Positions 37,153 through 46,808 of a stretch of DNA of 64,000 nucleotides are shown in pieces. The DNA is from Candidatus Heimdallarchaeota archaeon. Its GTDB lineage: Archaea; Asgardarchaeota; Heimdallarchaeia; Heimdallarchaeales; Heimdallarchaeaceae. The stretch's first letter is position 1. Every line of letters starts with the position of its first letter. A model generated the notes under the pieces. It did not search any database, was not told the origin of the DNA, and saw only the letters and a program-made list of their open reading frames with translations. The stretch is taken from positions 1-64,000 of the forward strand of contig JAEOSZ010000095.1 in NCBI GenBank assembly GCA_016840095.1, in the 5' to 3' direction. The position numbers and the translations under genes were made by a program.

Positions 37153-39723
37153 ATGTCTTCTGAACACGATATAGCTATAATTTCTGTGGGATACAGGAAC
37201 AGTCCTTTCACAGAAGAAATCCTAAAAACTGACATAATTCCCTATTCCATTATAGCTAACAACTCAAGTGATTTTCAAATTCATCACGCTGATCCCTCTA
37301 AAATTCTCTTCTATAGCCTTGAATTTACTAAGATAATTGAAACTATAGCTAAGAAGAGTATGGATTCATTAGCTGTTTTTGAAACACTAGGACAATTTTT
37401 TGAGTTTTACAATCCTTTACATCTTTCAACTCTTAACTACTTAATTTCAAAATATGCTACTAGTATAAAACCTGAAAACAAAGATTACATGCAAGCATGG
37501 AAAAATATCTCGGAAGCAATTTTTGAAGAAGAATTCATCTATCCATTATTTCAAGAAAGCAGAATCTTACACATTAAAGAAGGGGAAGTGGAAATTCCAG
37601 TTCGACAATTCCTGATGTCTTCAGAAATTGAGAAGAAGAAAGATAGTTCAAAGAATAACAACAAGGCTTTGAATCAAGTTCTTGAAGAAATTACTGGGAT
37701 TATAGATCTTGAAGAAGCTAGTAAGATGAAACTTTGCACTATTGCTATGAAGAAGATTACATCAGCTTCTGCTGTAGTGATAGTTCCCACAGACATTGTT
37801 TCTTTATTTATCCTTTTCAGTTCCAATCATTTTAAAGAAACTTTACAGAAAACTAATGGTGAGATTGCTATTATATCTCCTTTCTGGCCTGGTAATGAGT
37901 TAAATCAAGTTGAGAAAACTATACTTCAAAAAACAGAATTTGAGGCTAATCTTACCAACCTAGTAAAATTGGTAAAAGATTGTGTGGATGCTGTTATTAT
38001 TGATACTAAGAATAGTGATTTAGTTCCAACACTTAGAGAGGAAGGAATTACAGTTTTAGTAGAGGAACTTACACCCGAGAACCAAGCAACTCAAGAATTC
38101 TTAGAAACTGTATTAAAAAGCATAGACATTTCATTAGATTCTATAGCTGTAGAACCTCAAGGTTTGATTGAAGGTTTAGGAGAAAAACTTGTTAATTTGT
38201 TCAGAGTTCGAGAACCTAAACAAGAAAAAGAAGTAAAGGAAGAAAGTACAGTTCAAACACTTGAAATGTCAGTTAGTGAAGAAGATAAGGAACTTATCGA
38301 ATCCATTTTTGAAGAAGATATAGAAGTAGAGGAGCCTAAGGTTGAAACAGAAGTATCAAAAACTTCAAAGGAAGAGGAAACACTTACAGATGAGTTTGAA
38401 ATGGAAGTAATTGATACTGAAGATACCATTCAAACAATACCAGTTCCACCACCCAAAAATGGAATAACTGAAACCGATTTCTATTATCCAAAAGCTGATG
38501 GTCAATTTGCTTTACCTGGAATAGAACAAATAACTCAATTTGAGCTAGAGGAATTGGAATCCTTAGATGTGGACGAACACATAATAAATTCATTTATTGA
38601 AAGAGCAATGACTAGTAATGCAACTGGATTAGAAGTTGTTTTCTCTGATTTATTGTCTTTACAGAATAATCCTTTATTGATAGAGAAAATTTACCAAATG
38701 ATACTGAAGAGATTAATAAAAATTCGTGAGTTTAATCCTGAAGTTAAAATTGCAGATATGGTAACCTATCTTTCAGCTCATAAACCTGAATTTTACCATG
38801 AAAAACTAGAAGAATTACTAGAAGAAACACTTCATTCTGAAGAAGATAAATCATTCAATCAAAACCTAAAAACTTCAACACTTGTTGTTAAGAGCTCTTT
38901 GCTCATTGCTAGAGAAATAATTGAAAATTTCTTAAGGAAAAATATCACTAATGAAGACATCTATATTGAAGATAGATTAAAACGAATGATTAGTACCTTT
39001 GGAGGTTCTAATATTGATTTGTTACATCTTCTTTGTAGAATTCTTGTTAACATTTATGAAATTGAATTAGAAAAAGAAGAACCGAATGTAAGTGTAATCC
39101 AAAAGATTATTTCTTTCCTTACTTTATTTGATGGACTTAGTGTTTCAATGACACTTGTTACGTTAGGATCAGATACCGTATTAGAATCCATTTCGAATGC
39201 AATAAATGAAATGGTTTTGAACAATTCATTTAAGAAAATAATAACTGATGTTTTGACTGTTTTCAACGAAGGAACTTATGAAGATTTGGTTAAAGCTTTT
39301 CATGGAAGAAAATTACCAGAAAATCTTGAATTTGAAATGATGAAAAGAAAATATATCTCAAGTCTGTCCAAGGTTGGATCTATACCATTAGACTTGTTTG
39401 CAGAAAGAATTGGTATGTCTGTTGATAATGCTGAAAAACTCATCTATGACATGATTTTGAAGGAGGAAATTCCTGCTAGAATTGAATTAGTTAGTGGAAG
39501 ACTCTATATCGTTCAAGAACATGAAGAAGTAGAAGTTGTTATGGAAGAAGCAACAGAAGAAGAATCCATAGAGATTATTGAAAACCAAAAAGAAATCCAA
39601 GAAGAGCCAGATAAACCTGAAGTAGAAGAAGTTTTAGAAGACTTTGTTTGTACTCAATGTCAAAGGTCCTTTAAGACAGAAAGAGGACTGAAGATGCACA
39701 CTACTAAGGCTCATAAGGAATAG
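37153..39723 (+). CDS. Multidomain protein: degenerate CofD-like fold, acidic linker, helical region with PCI winged helix, C2H2 zinc finger
   Basis: C-terminal SIPLDLFAERIGMSVDNAEKLIYDMILKEEIPARIELVSG (PCI) and FVCTQCQRSFKTERGLKMHTTKAH. N-terminal ASAVVIVP....S, IISPF, VDAVIID are CofD-like. Confidence 0.6.
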   Translation: MSSEHDIAIISVGYRNSPFTEEILKTDIIPYSIIANNSSDFQIHHADPSKILFYSLEFTKIIETIAKKSMDSLAVFETLGQFFEFYNPLHLSTLNYLISKYATSIKPENKDYMQAWKNISEAIFEEEFIYPLFQESRILHIKEGEVEIPVRQFLMSSEIEKKKDSSKNNNKALNQVLEEITGIIDLEEASKMKLCTIAMKKITSASAVVIVPTDIVSLFILFSSNHFKETLQKTNGEIAIISPFWPGNELNQVEKTILQKTEFEANLTNLVKLVKDCVDAVIIDTKNSDLVPTLREEGITVLVEELTPENQATQEFLETVLKSIDISLDSIAVEPQGLIEGLGEKLVNLFRVREPKQEKEVKEESTVQTLEMSVSEEDKELIESIFEEDIEVEEPKVETEVSKTSKEEETLTDEFEMEVIDTEDTIQTIPVPPPKNGITETDFYYPKADGQFALPGIEQITQFELEELESLDVDEHIINSFIERAMTSNATGLEVVFSDLLSLQNNPLLIEKIYQMILKRLIKIREFNPEVKIADMVTYLSAHKPEFYHEKLEELLEETLHSEEDKSFNQNLKTSTLVVKSSLLIAREIIENFLRKNITNEDIYIEDRLKRMISTFGGSNIDLLHLLCRILVNIYEIELEKEEPNVSVIQKIISFLTLFDGLSVSMTLVTLGSDTVLESISNAINEMVLNNSFKKIITDVLTVFNEGTYEDLVKAFHGRKLPENLEFEMMKRKYISSLSKVGSIPLDLFAERIGMSVDNAEKLIYDMILKEEIPARIELVSGRLYIVQEHEEVEVVMEEATEEESIEIIENQKEIQEEPDKPEVEEVLEDFVCTQCQRSFKTERGLKMHTTKAHKE

Positions 39724-39784
39724 TATTTCCTAGACTAACGCATTTTTAAGATAGACTTTTTTATCTGTAAAAATTTAGTTATTT

Positions 39785-40321
39785 ATGAGGAAATTTCAGA
39801 TTGCAGTAGTTGGTTCAGGGACAATTCCAGACAATTCTGAAGAATATCAATTGGCAAAAAATCTTGGTAAATGTTTAGCTGATAATGATTTCATAATTCT
39901 ATGTGGAGGATTAGGAGGGGCTATGAAAGCTGTTTGTGAAGGAGTAAAGGAATCTGAGCATTATGTTTATGGGCAGACGATAGGTATCCTTCCTGAGCTA
40001 GACAAATCTACTTCAAATGCTTTTGTTGATGTCCAAATAGCTACAGGTATGTCTAAGGCTAGAAACCAGATAATTATTGCTTCTGCTGATGCTGTAATAG
40101 CAATAAGTGGAGGTGCAGGTACATTATCCGAGCTCTCTTTTGCTTGGCAGTTGAAAAAGAAGATACTGGTTTTGGAAAATTCAGGAGGATGGTCTGAAAA
40201 GCTAGCAAATTCAAGAATAGATAATAGTAGAGATGACAAAATCATTGCAGTTTCTTCTGTGGATGAAGTGATAGATATTCTTGAGAAGATACTTGTCCTT
40301 AATGATATCAATAGACTTTAA
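39785..40321 (+). CDS. LOG/TIGR00725-family Rossmann-fold protein
   Basis: CGGLGGAMKAV, TIGILP, TGM..ARN, GGAGTLSE. Confidence 0.9.
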   Translation: MRKFQIAVVGSGTIPDNSEEYQLAKNLGKCLADNDFIILCGGLGGAMKAVCEGVKESEHYVYGQTIGILPELDKSTSNAFVDVQIATGMSKARNQIIIASADAVIAISGGAGTLSELSFAWQLKKKILVLENSGGWSEKLANSRIDNSRDDKIIAVSSVDEVIDILEKILVLNDINRL

Positions 40322-40329
40322 AGACTTGT

Positions 40330-41346
40330 GTGAGAATTGAGTTTATGCTTGTTTGCTTGTTCAGGTTAGAGGATGTAGGACCCAACTTAGTTGAAATGGT
40401 TCTAGACAAAAATGTTGAATTTGATCAAGATACAATTGATAAATTTACGTTCTCAGGAACTGTTACATACTCACTCGTTTTCCAAGGGATGGTGACATTA
40501 GATGATATGTCCTCAGAACTTTATGGGCCTTTTCCATTTGCTTTCTCTTCAGGTTTTGTTCAATATGCTTTTTCTTTTATTGCTGGGGATAAAACAATGA
40601 AGGATAAAAGGATGAAAGAAAAAACCTTTGGCTTGATAATAATGCTTGTACCAGAAATGGTATCTAAAATTGATGCATTCAGAGAAGAACTGGCAAAAGT
40701 TCTATTATATAAGTTTCACAAGGTTTACAAAATTAGTCAAGTTGATACAGCTTTTCTCAAAGACATAATCAATTCTTATAATGAAATCTTAAAGGACCTT
40801 CTAAGTTTTAAGCAAGCAGATTTATTATCTGAACAAATACTGGAATTTTTACAAGCAAAGAAGAAACCAGCAAAGAAACAACCAATAACAAAAATCGGTG
40901 TGATTTATCCTACGGAATTCACTAGTTTCATCAAAAATTACTATGCATCTTTGTTAGGTTCCTTACCTTATACTGAAACATCCTATTCTGAGGATATAGC
41001 AATTATTAGAACTGCAACACATGAGTTCAATTTCATGAATTATTTGAATGCAGATGAGAAATATGTGAATACACAGAGCGCATTGATTCTTCTAGCAGAT
41101 GTTAGAGGTAGGAAATATAATCCACTCTTTGAAATAATAGAAGGTCTAAAATCAAGACCAAAAATTGCAACTGTTGTTTCTCTTTACGAGGATATCGAAA
41201 AAGCTAGCACTGAATATGCTAAATTCTTTACAGGGCTACAAAGATATATTGGTGATCTTCCATTCTTTTCAGCGAGTTTTAATACAAATTATGAGTTTAA
41301 GACCAAAATGCTGGAAGCACTATTTTGGACATTATCCCCTGAATAA
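40330..41346 (+). CDS. Hypothetical: longin/uDENN-like N-domain plus degenerate Ras-like C-domain
   Basis: F.L.DVGP N-terminus, YGPFPF, D...KDKR; C-half KIGVIY / ALILLADV / PFFSASF pattern. Confidence 0.4.
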   Translation: MRIEFMLVCLFRLEDVGPNLVEMVLDKNVEFDQDTIDKFTFSGTVTYSLVFQGMVTLDDMSSELYGPFPFAFSSGFVQYAFSFIAGDKTMKDKRMKEKTFGLIIMLVPEMVSKIDAFREELAKVLLYKFHKVYKISQVDTAFLKDIINSYNEILKDLLSFKQADLLSEQILEFLQAKKKPAKKQPITKIGVIYPTEFTSFIKNYYASLLGSLPYTETSYSEDIAIIRTATHEFNFMNYLNADEKYVNTQSALILLADVRGRKYNPLFEIIEGLKSRPKIATVVSLYEDIEKASTEYAKFFTGLQRYIGDLPFFSASFNTNYEFKTKMLEALFWTLSPE

Positions 41347-41351
41347 AACAT

Positions 41352-42476
41352 TCATATTACCAATTTTTTGATTGATTTTTGCTTGATTATTTCTTCTTTT
41401 ATTTCTACACCCAATCCTGGTCCATTGCGAGGAAGAGAGAGAGTTCCATCAGAATTTAACTCAAAAATTGGTTCTATAATATAGTCTGTATAATATCTGG
41501 CACTTTCACTTATATCATTAGGAAGAGTAAAAGAACTTAAACAAGAAACTGCGACATTTTTTGCTCTACCTATTCCAGTCTCTAGCATCCCACCACACCA
41601 CAGTGGGATTTCTGTATCTAATGCTAGTTCATGGATTTTAAGAGTTTCAGAAATACCTCCAACACGAGCAGGTTTAACATTAATTATCCTTGTAGCATCT
41701 AGTTCTATGGCAACTCGTGCGTCATCAACGCTTTTAATCGATTCATCCAAACATATAGGGGTGGAGATTTTCTTTTGTAATTTAGCATGGTCAATAATAT
41801 CATAGTATTGAAGTGGTTGTTCTATCATCATTAAATCAAAACGATCCATTTTGACAAAGATATCTGCATCTTTGATTCTGTATGCTGAATTTGCATCAAC
41901 CATTAATTTAATTTCAGGAAAATGATCTCTTACTTGTTTGAGCACGTTATTATCCATTCCTGGTTCAATTTTTAGTTTTATTCTTTGATACTTCTTATCA
42001 AGTGCTTCTTCTATTTTTTTGACAAGAGTTGTAGTGTCATCTTGAATACCCAATGATATTCCAGCTGGAATTTTGATCTTTTCTCCTCCAATAAGTTCAC
42101 TGATTGACTTATTGGTTAATTTTCCATACAAATCCCATAATGCATCTTCTACACAAGCTTTTGACATTTGGTTACCTCGAATAGGTTTAACTAAGTTAGG
42201 AAACTCATTAGGATGCTCTAAATCAGTTTTCATCAACCAAGGACCAATATAATTTGTGATCAAATGTACACTAGAGTTTATTGTCTCTCCTGAATACCAT
42301 GGACCTTCACGTGCTACACACTCTCCCCATCCAGTTTTATCACCTGTTTTCAAACTAACTAGCAAAATAGTTGCATCTTGTTCAACACCAAAACTTGTTC
42401 GAAATGGATTCCTCAACTGCATCCTTGTTAAAAACAGATTAATACTATCGATCTTCATTGTTTCAAATCGACTCAT
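41352..42476 (-). CDS. menC: o-succinylbenzoate synthase / N-succinylamino-acid racemase (enolase superfamily)
   Basis: PFRTSFG, RIKLKI.PG, VDANSAY, EQP, CLDESI, N.K..RVGG, WCGGMLETG.GRA, D.S.S.RY. Confidence 0.9.
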   Translation of the reverse strand: MSRFETMKIDSINLFLTRMQLRNPFRTSFGVEQDATILLVSLKTGDKTGWGECVAREGPWYSGETINSSVHLITNYIGPWLMKTDLEHPNEFPNLVKPIRGNQMSKACVEDALWDLYGKLTNKSISELIGGEKIKIPAGISLGIQDDTTTLVKKIEEALDKKYQRIKLKIEPGMDNNVLKQVRDHFPEIKLMVDANSAYRIKDADIFVKMDRFDLMMIEQPLQYYDIIDHAKLQKKISTPICLDESIKSVDDARVAIELDATRIINVKPARVGGISETLKIHELALDTEIPLWCGGMLETGIGRAKNVAVSCLSSFTLPNDISESARYYTDYIIEPIFELNSDGTLSLPRNGPGLGVEIKEEIIKQKSIKKLVI

Positions 42477-42526
42477 AAATCCTAATATTTAGAGGTTTCT
42501 CTCATCTTCTGAGTAAAACTGAATAA

Positions 42527-43369
42527 CTACTGCTTTTCAAGAATATAAAAACAATTCAGAGATTCTTTTTCTTTCTGCAAAGCAAAATCAATGATTGTGT
42601 AACCTTTGTTGAAATAATTCCTAAAAGCAGTTCTAGATTTGTTTCTCCAATCAATTGCAAGTGTTTTGTTATTTTCCATATATCTAGCTATGTTACTTGG
42701 TATTTCTATTGCAAGAATGGATTCATCCATCTCAAGCTTAACATCCATAATTTGTATGTAATTTCCTTTTTCTATAGTTTTCATTACTAGATGATTCTCA
42801 TTATCAACAATATCGGTAAAATCTCTATACTTCTTTATAAGATAATTTTTAACATGAGAAGAATCTAAATTCCAGTTGCAATACAGTCGGTCAGTTTCCA
42901 TCCCAACATTGAGTGCATCTATCATCTCCCCCCAATATCTAATATAATAGGTGTTACAAGTAGCTCCAAGTTTATGTAGATTCAAATAAGCATTCTTTGA
43001 TTGCAAGGGGTCAAAAGTCCAATTAATAAGCTCATAACCTTGTTTAAGGGCCCATTTTCTCTGTTCTAGTTTAAGTTGGAAACCAATACCTAAGTTACGG
43101 TATTTTTCTCTAACAGCATTGTGATGCGAGTAAATAAAAATACCAAAAGGTTCCTTGTTTCCTATCCATCCCCAAGTATATCCAATAATTTTATCCTCTA
43201 AGTAAGCTCCTATAACAACTCCTCCGCTTTTTCGTGTAGCATATATTAACCTCTTTGGGACGAGTTCACTATCAGGCATTTTCCAGGCATCACGTTGAAT
43301 GTCCTCTAATATAGAATATTCTGCAAAATCAACAATTTCTCTATATTGAATATCTTCTATCATATTCAT
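42527..43369 (-). CDS. GNAT acyltransferase (NSAR-associated succinyltransferase-like)
   Basis: YSH...V...YR..GIG..LK..QR.WAL..G....WTFDPLQ..NA.LN..KLG, TDR. Confidence 0.85.
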   Translation of the reverse strand: MNMIEDIQYREIVDFAEYSILEDIQRDAWKMPDSELVPKRLIYATRKSGGVVIGAYLEDKIIGYTWGWIGNKEPFGIFIYSHHNAVREKYRNLGIGFQLKLEQRKWALKQGYELINWTFDPLQSKNAYLNLHKLGATCNTYYIRYWGEMIDALNVGMETDRLYCNWNLDSSHVKNYLIKKYRDFTDIVDNENHLVMKTIEKGNYIQIMDVKLEMDESILAIEIPSNIARYMENNKTLAIDWRNKSRTAFRNYFNKGYTIIDFALQKEKESLNCFYILEKQ

Positions 43370-43371
43370 CC

Positions 43372-44664
43372 CTACTTACTCTCTAAGGATAGTGATTGAA
43401 CAGTAGGATTAGAAAGCGCCTCAAATAGTATAACAGCAAAAGCATTACCAAGATTACTCGGGGTGAATCTCTCTCCTTTTGTTAATCTACGGATTTTAAA
43501 TTGCAATTGCTGAATAATTGTATCTTTATTCTCATCAATGTAATTGTGAGGATCTGTTACAAATTTAGCGTATTGACGTATGTCTATGATTGGGAGAGCC
43601 ATTTGAGGATATTCCTCAAAAATACTGAACCATGTGTCGAGTAAGTACTGCATGTACTTCTGTTGATCAGATATATCTTGAACCCCGAATTCTTCAATTG
43701 CCATCCTTTTCAATGCTATTTCGATGTTTTTCTCAAGATTTTGACGTTTTGTTTCTGTCAATTCTCTCTGGAGTTTCAATGTTTCAAATAATGTTTGTTC
43801 GATAGCTGCTAGTATCTGTTCAATTCTACCCTGGTCTACTTTTATTTGATCAAGCTTTTGGTACTCTTTTTTCACTATTGCATATTTTTCTTCAAGCTCT
43901 GATTGTCTTCGATTTATCATAGTTTTGTATGTATCTTTTACTTCTTGATAATATGGTTGAATTAAACTGAGATGTATTAAATCAAAAAGAATGTCTTCTT
44001 TGCCACTTAAAGGATAATAGGAAATAATATTCTGGTAAATTCTTCCTGCAGATTTTGGAATTTTATCAAAGTTTTCTTCTTGCAGTATTTTTTCTAGTGC
44101 ATGTGCAAAGATCGAAGCTATAAATCGTAAGTCAATTGAAAATTCACCAACTTCAAAATAGAGATAAGCTTCTGTAAGAGCTTCCACAAAGTTCCGTGAA
44201 ATCAAAATAGATTGGATGATATTATCCTCAACGTTTAAACTACATAATTCGATGAAATGATGAATTATATGCTTTGAAGAATTCATGACCGCTTTGATGC
44301 AATTCACAAAAGATGCTAGTAAGCCTACAAATTCATCATCTGTACAACTCATTTTCTTATCAGTTGCTTCTAGTAAAGCTGAAATGTCTTCTGCATAGGA
44401 CAGGGGTTTGTATTTCTTGATTAAGTCATCAGTTATTATAATACCATAAATAGCTAAAGCCATATCTTTCTTCTGCGGTGATAAAAATCCTATTTCTGTC
44501 TTCAATTCTTTCCTTAATTCATTCAAGAATGTAGGTTGAGTCTGAATGAAATGACGCATTTTTGATTCAAGATTTGAATAGAGTGCTCTAAAATCATTTA
44601 CAATTTCAACAACATCCCTTGATGTATAGCTTAGTTCTTCTGTATTGAAAATTTCTCCAGCCAT
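43372..44664 (-). CDS. Alpha-helical/coiled-coil hypothetical protein
   Basis: 430-aa ORF directly abutting the upstream gene. No motif recognised. Confidence 0.6.
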   Translation of the reverse strand: MAGEIFNTEELSYTSRDVVEIVNDFRALYSNLESKMRHFIQTQPTFLNELRKELKTEIGFLSPQKKDMALAIYGIIITDDLIKKYKPLSYAEDISALLEATDKKMSCTDDEFVGLLASFVNCIKAVMNSSKHIIHHFIELCSLNVEDNIIQSILISRNFVEALTEAYLYFEVGEFSIDLRFIASIFAHALEKILQEENFDKIPKSAGRIYQNIISYYPLSGKEDILFDLIHLSLIQPYYQEVKDTYKTMINRRQSELEEKYAIVKKEYQKLDQIKVDQGRIEQILAAIEQTLFETLKLQRELTETKRQNLEKNIEIALKRMAIEEFGVQDISDQQKYMQYLLDTWFSIFEEYPQMALPIIDIRQYAKFVTDPHNYIDENKDTIIQQLQFKIRRLTKGERFTPSNLGNAFAVILFEALSNPTVQSLSLESK

Positions 44665-45861
44665 TTATCCCATTCCTCCAAAAATAGAGAAGATTCTCTC
44701 CAAAGAATCTAGATTCTCTAGTTCTCTAACCTTTGTAAAAGGTGTAACATTCCAGTCTCTTAGTTCAGTTCTGCGAACTACATCCTCAGGGGTAAATTCT
44801 CCAGATATACTGCTTTTAACATCTCTCAAAATCATTGGTAAGGAAACAGCAGAAACTAAATCAGTAGATCTGTACCTTGTATCGGTTATACACGCAAAAA
44901 TGATTATATCATCTTTAGAGTTGAAATGGTATTCAAAGAATACTCTAACTTCATCATTTGTATCTTTTATATTGTAGTGCGCTAAAGAGGGAATTGCAAC
45001 TTTTTTGCTTAACTTTAGTTCCGAGATTTGGTTTAAGAGAAGAACAAGTCTTTTAGGTAGAAATGAATTTTGCACAAATTCCAGAATTCTTTTTGGGGAT
45101 ACTTCCTCTTTTGAAACCACAATTTCTGTAAGATTCTTAGGATAGATGAAAGATACATTTTCTACTCTTGTGACTGGTGGGGCTAGTACTATCTCTCCTC
45201 CACAGTCACACTTCACTACATCTTCTTCTACACCTTCGGAATATATCTTTCCACAGTTTCCATCACAAATCTCCAAGTCATCTAAAATTGAAGCTTTCAT
45301 TAGCAAAGCTGAAGTAATAACTGGAGTGATATTTGATTGTTCTGTTCCTCCACGTAGACTTGCCTCCTGGCACACTTGCCAGTGATAGAATTTACCTAAT
45401 ATTTCGAGATTTTCTTCTAAAACATTTAAAGGACTACTTTGCGATCTAAAACCTTCCTTTATCTGATAATCTATTCTCCTATAGACTCCTTGTAAAGAAT
45501 TCAGCATTTGTTTAATTTCAGGTGAAGTTTTTGACAAATTAATATCTCCGAAATTAGAAAAAAACAAGTTTAAAAAGAAGATACTGTCTTTCAGTTTTAA
45601 TAAAGTTATATTGGTACCTGGATTAGTCAAATCATCAATTGGTATTGAAGAGAGTTTCAAACCTTCTAGGGCAATATCCTTCTCATTGAAAATTTCATCT
45701 ATATTGACATTTTTAAAAAGCTGATTTAGTTGTCTCTTCATATTAACTGAAGTTTTAGCTTCTTCTGTTTCTAGGACTTTAAAAAAATGAATAGGATATC
45801 CTAGTTCCTCATCTAAATATTCACATCCAAGAATATTGTAAATATCTTTTACTTCATCCAT
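44665..45861 (-). CDS. Hypothetical protein with internal Zn ribbon
   Basis: CDGNCG...CDCGG Cys pairs. GGAG upstream of the ATG. Confidence 0.6.
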   Translation of the reverse strand: MDEVKDIYNILGCEYLDEELGYPIHFFKVLETEEAKTSVNMKRQLNQLFKNVNIDEIFNEKDIALEGLKLSSIPIDDLTNPGTNITLLKLKDSIFFLNLFFSNFGDINLSKTSPEIKQMLNSLQGVYRRIDYQIKEGFRSQSSPLNVLEENLEILGKFYHWQVCQEASLRGGTEQSNITPVITSALLMKASILDDLEICDGNCGKIYSEGVEEDVVKCDCGGEIVLAPPVTRVENVSFIYPKNLTEIVVSKEEVSPKRILEFVQNSFLPKRLVLLLNQISELKLSKKVAIPSLAHYNIKDTNDEVRVFFEYHFNSKDDIIIFACITDTRYRSTDLVSAVSLPMILRDVKSSISGEFTPEDVVRRTELRDWNVTPFTKVRELENLDSLERIFSIFGGMG

Positions 45862-46000
45862 ACTAAATTCTCCTGATTTTACCAGAAATCTAAATTTACT
45901 GAATTTTCTTAACCAAGTAGAGTATACTTAACTACTTGTAAATAGTTTTTCAACTTTTATATAATTTCTTGTGATTTTTGGTTAAACTCAGCATAAAATT

Positions 46001-46519
46001 CTATGAAATTTCATTGTTTTCCATAGCAATTGATACTATTTTCTTGAAAGCAGTAAAAAGGTTAATCTTTGCCTTTGCTGAAACCTCAAAATAGATTGTG
46101 TTTAATTTCTCTGCATACTTTTCTGCTTCCTCTTTTGTAACTTCTCTAGATTCTTCTAAATCTAATTTGTTGCCAATAACAATGACAGGAATGTCTCCTA
46201 CTGTTTGAATTAGTAAATCATGCCAGAAATCTAGTTTGCTAAAGCTCTCTTTTTTAGTGATGTCAAAAACAAGTGCTGCAACAACTGAACCCATGAAATA
46301 TGTAGGTAGAACTGGTAGAAACTTCTCTTGAGAACCTGAATCACCTATAATTAATCGAATATCTTTACCATCTATCATAGTGTTCCAGATTAGAAAATTT
46401 GCTCCTAAAGTAGGTTGATGAGTTATTGGGAATGAATCCTGAGCCTGTCTTAAAGCAATGGATGTTTTCCCAACACCTGGTTCTCCACATAATGAAACCT
46501 TATAGCTAATATCAGTCAT
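46001..46519 (-). CDS. Rab-like small GTPase (Ras superfamily)
   Basis: G1 GEPGVGKT, G2 PTLG, G3-like DSGSQE, G4 NKLD, G5 SAK. No C-terminal prenylation Cys. Confidence 0.93.
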   Translation of the reverse strand: MTDISYKVSLCGEPGVGKTSIALRQAQDSFPITHQPTLGANFLIWNTMIDGKDIRLIIGDSGSQEKFLPVLPTYFMGSVVAALVFDITKKESFSKLDFWHDLLIQTVGDIPVIVIGNKLDLEESREVTKEEAEKYAEKLNTIYFEVSAKAKINLFTAFKKIVSIAMENNEIS

Positions 46520-46622
46520 TGTTTCTTTACTTCTCTATTTACTGCTTTAAAGCATTATTATAATCCTAAAGTGATAAAAGAAAATGATTTAAACAATAAA
46601 CTAAAACAGAGGATGACAAAGC

Positions 46623-46808
46623 ATGTCAGAAAGAGAACAATGTGGAGATTTTGAAATCTATCAAGATGAAGAAGATTGGTGGGTAGTTAAGAATACTATA
46701 ACCAAAGTGATTATTGGAAAATTCTTGAAAAAAGATGATGCTTTAGAGAAGATTGCAGCTTTTCTGCAAAGTGATGATGAAACTGCTGAAAGTGAATCTG
46801 TTTGCTGA
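46623..46808 (+). CDS. Small acidic protein (61 aa); possible radical-SAM substrate peptide
   Basis: ATG after GAGGA; stop 5 nt before the ATG (46814) of the rSAM gene. Confidence 0.55.
   Translation: MSEREQCGDFEIYQDEEDWWVVKNTITKVIIGKFLKKDDALEKIAAFLQSDDETAESESVC

Noticed and set aside
41352-42476. Menaquinone biosynthesis cluster
   Set aside because: No other men genes; the GNAT neighbour points to the racemase role.
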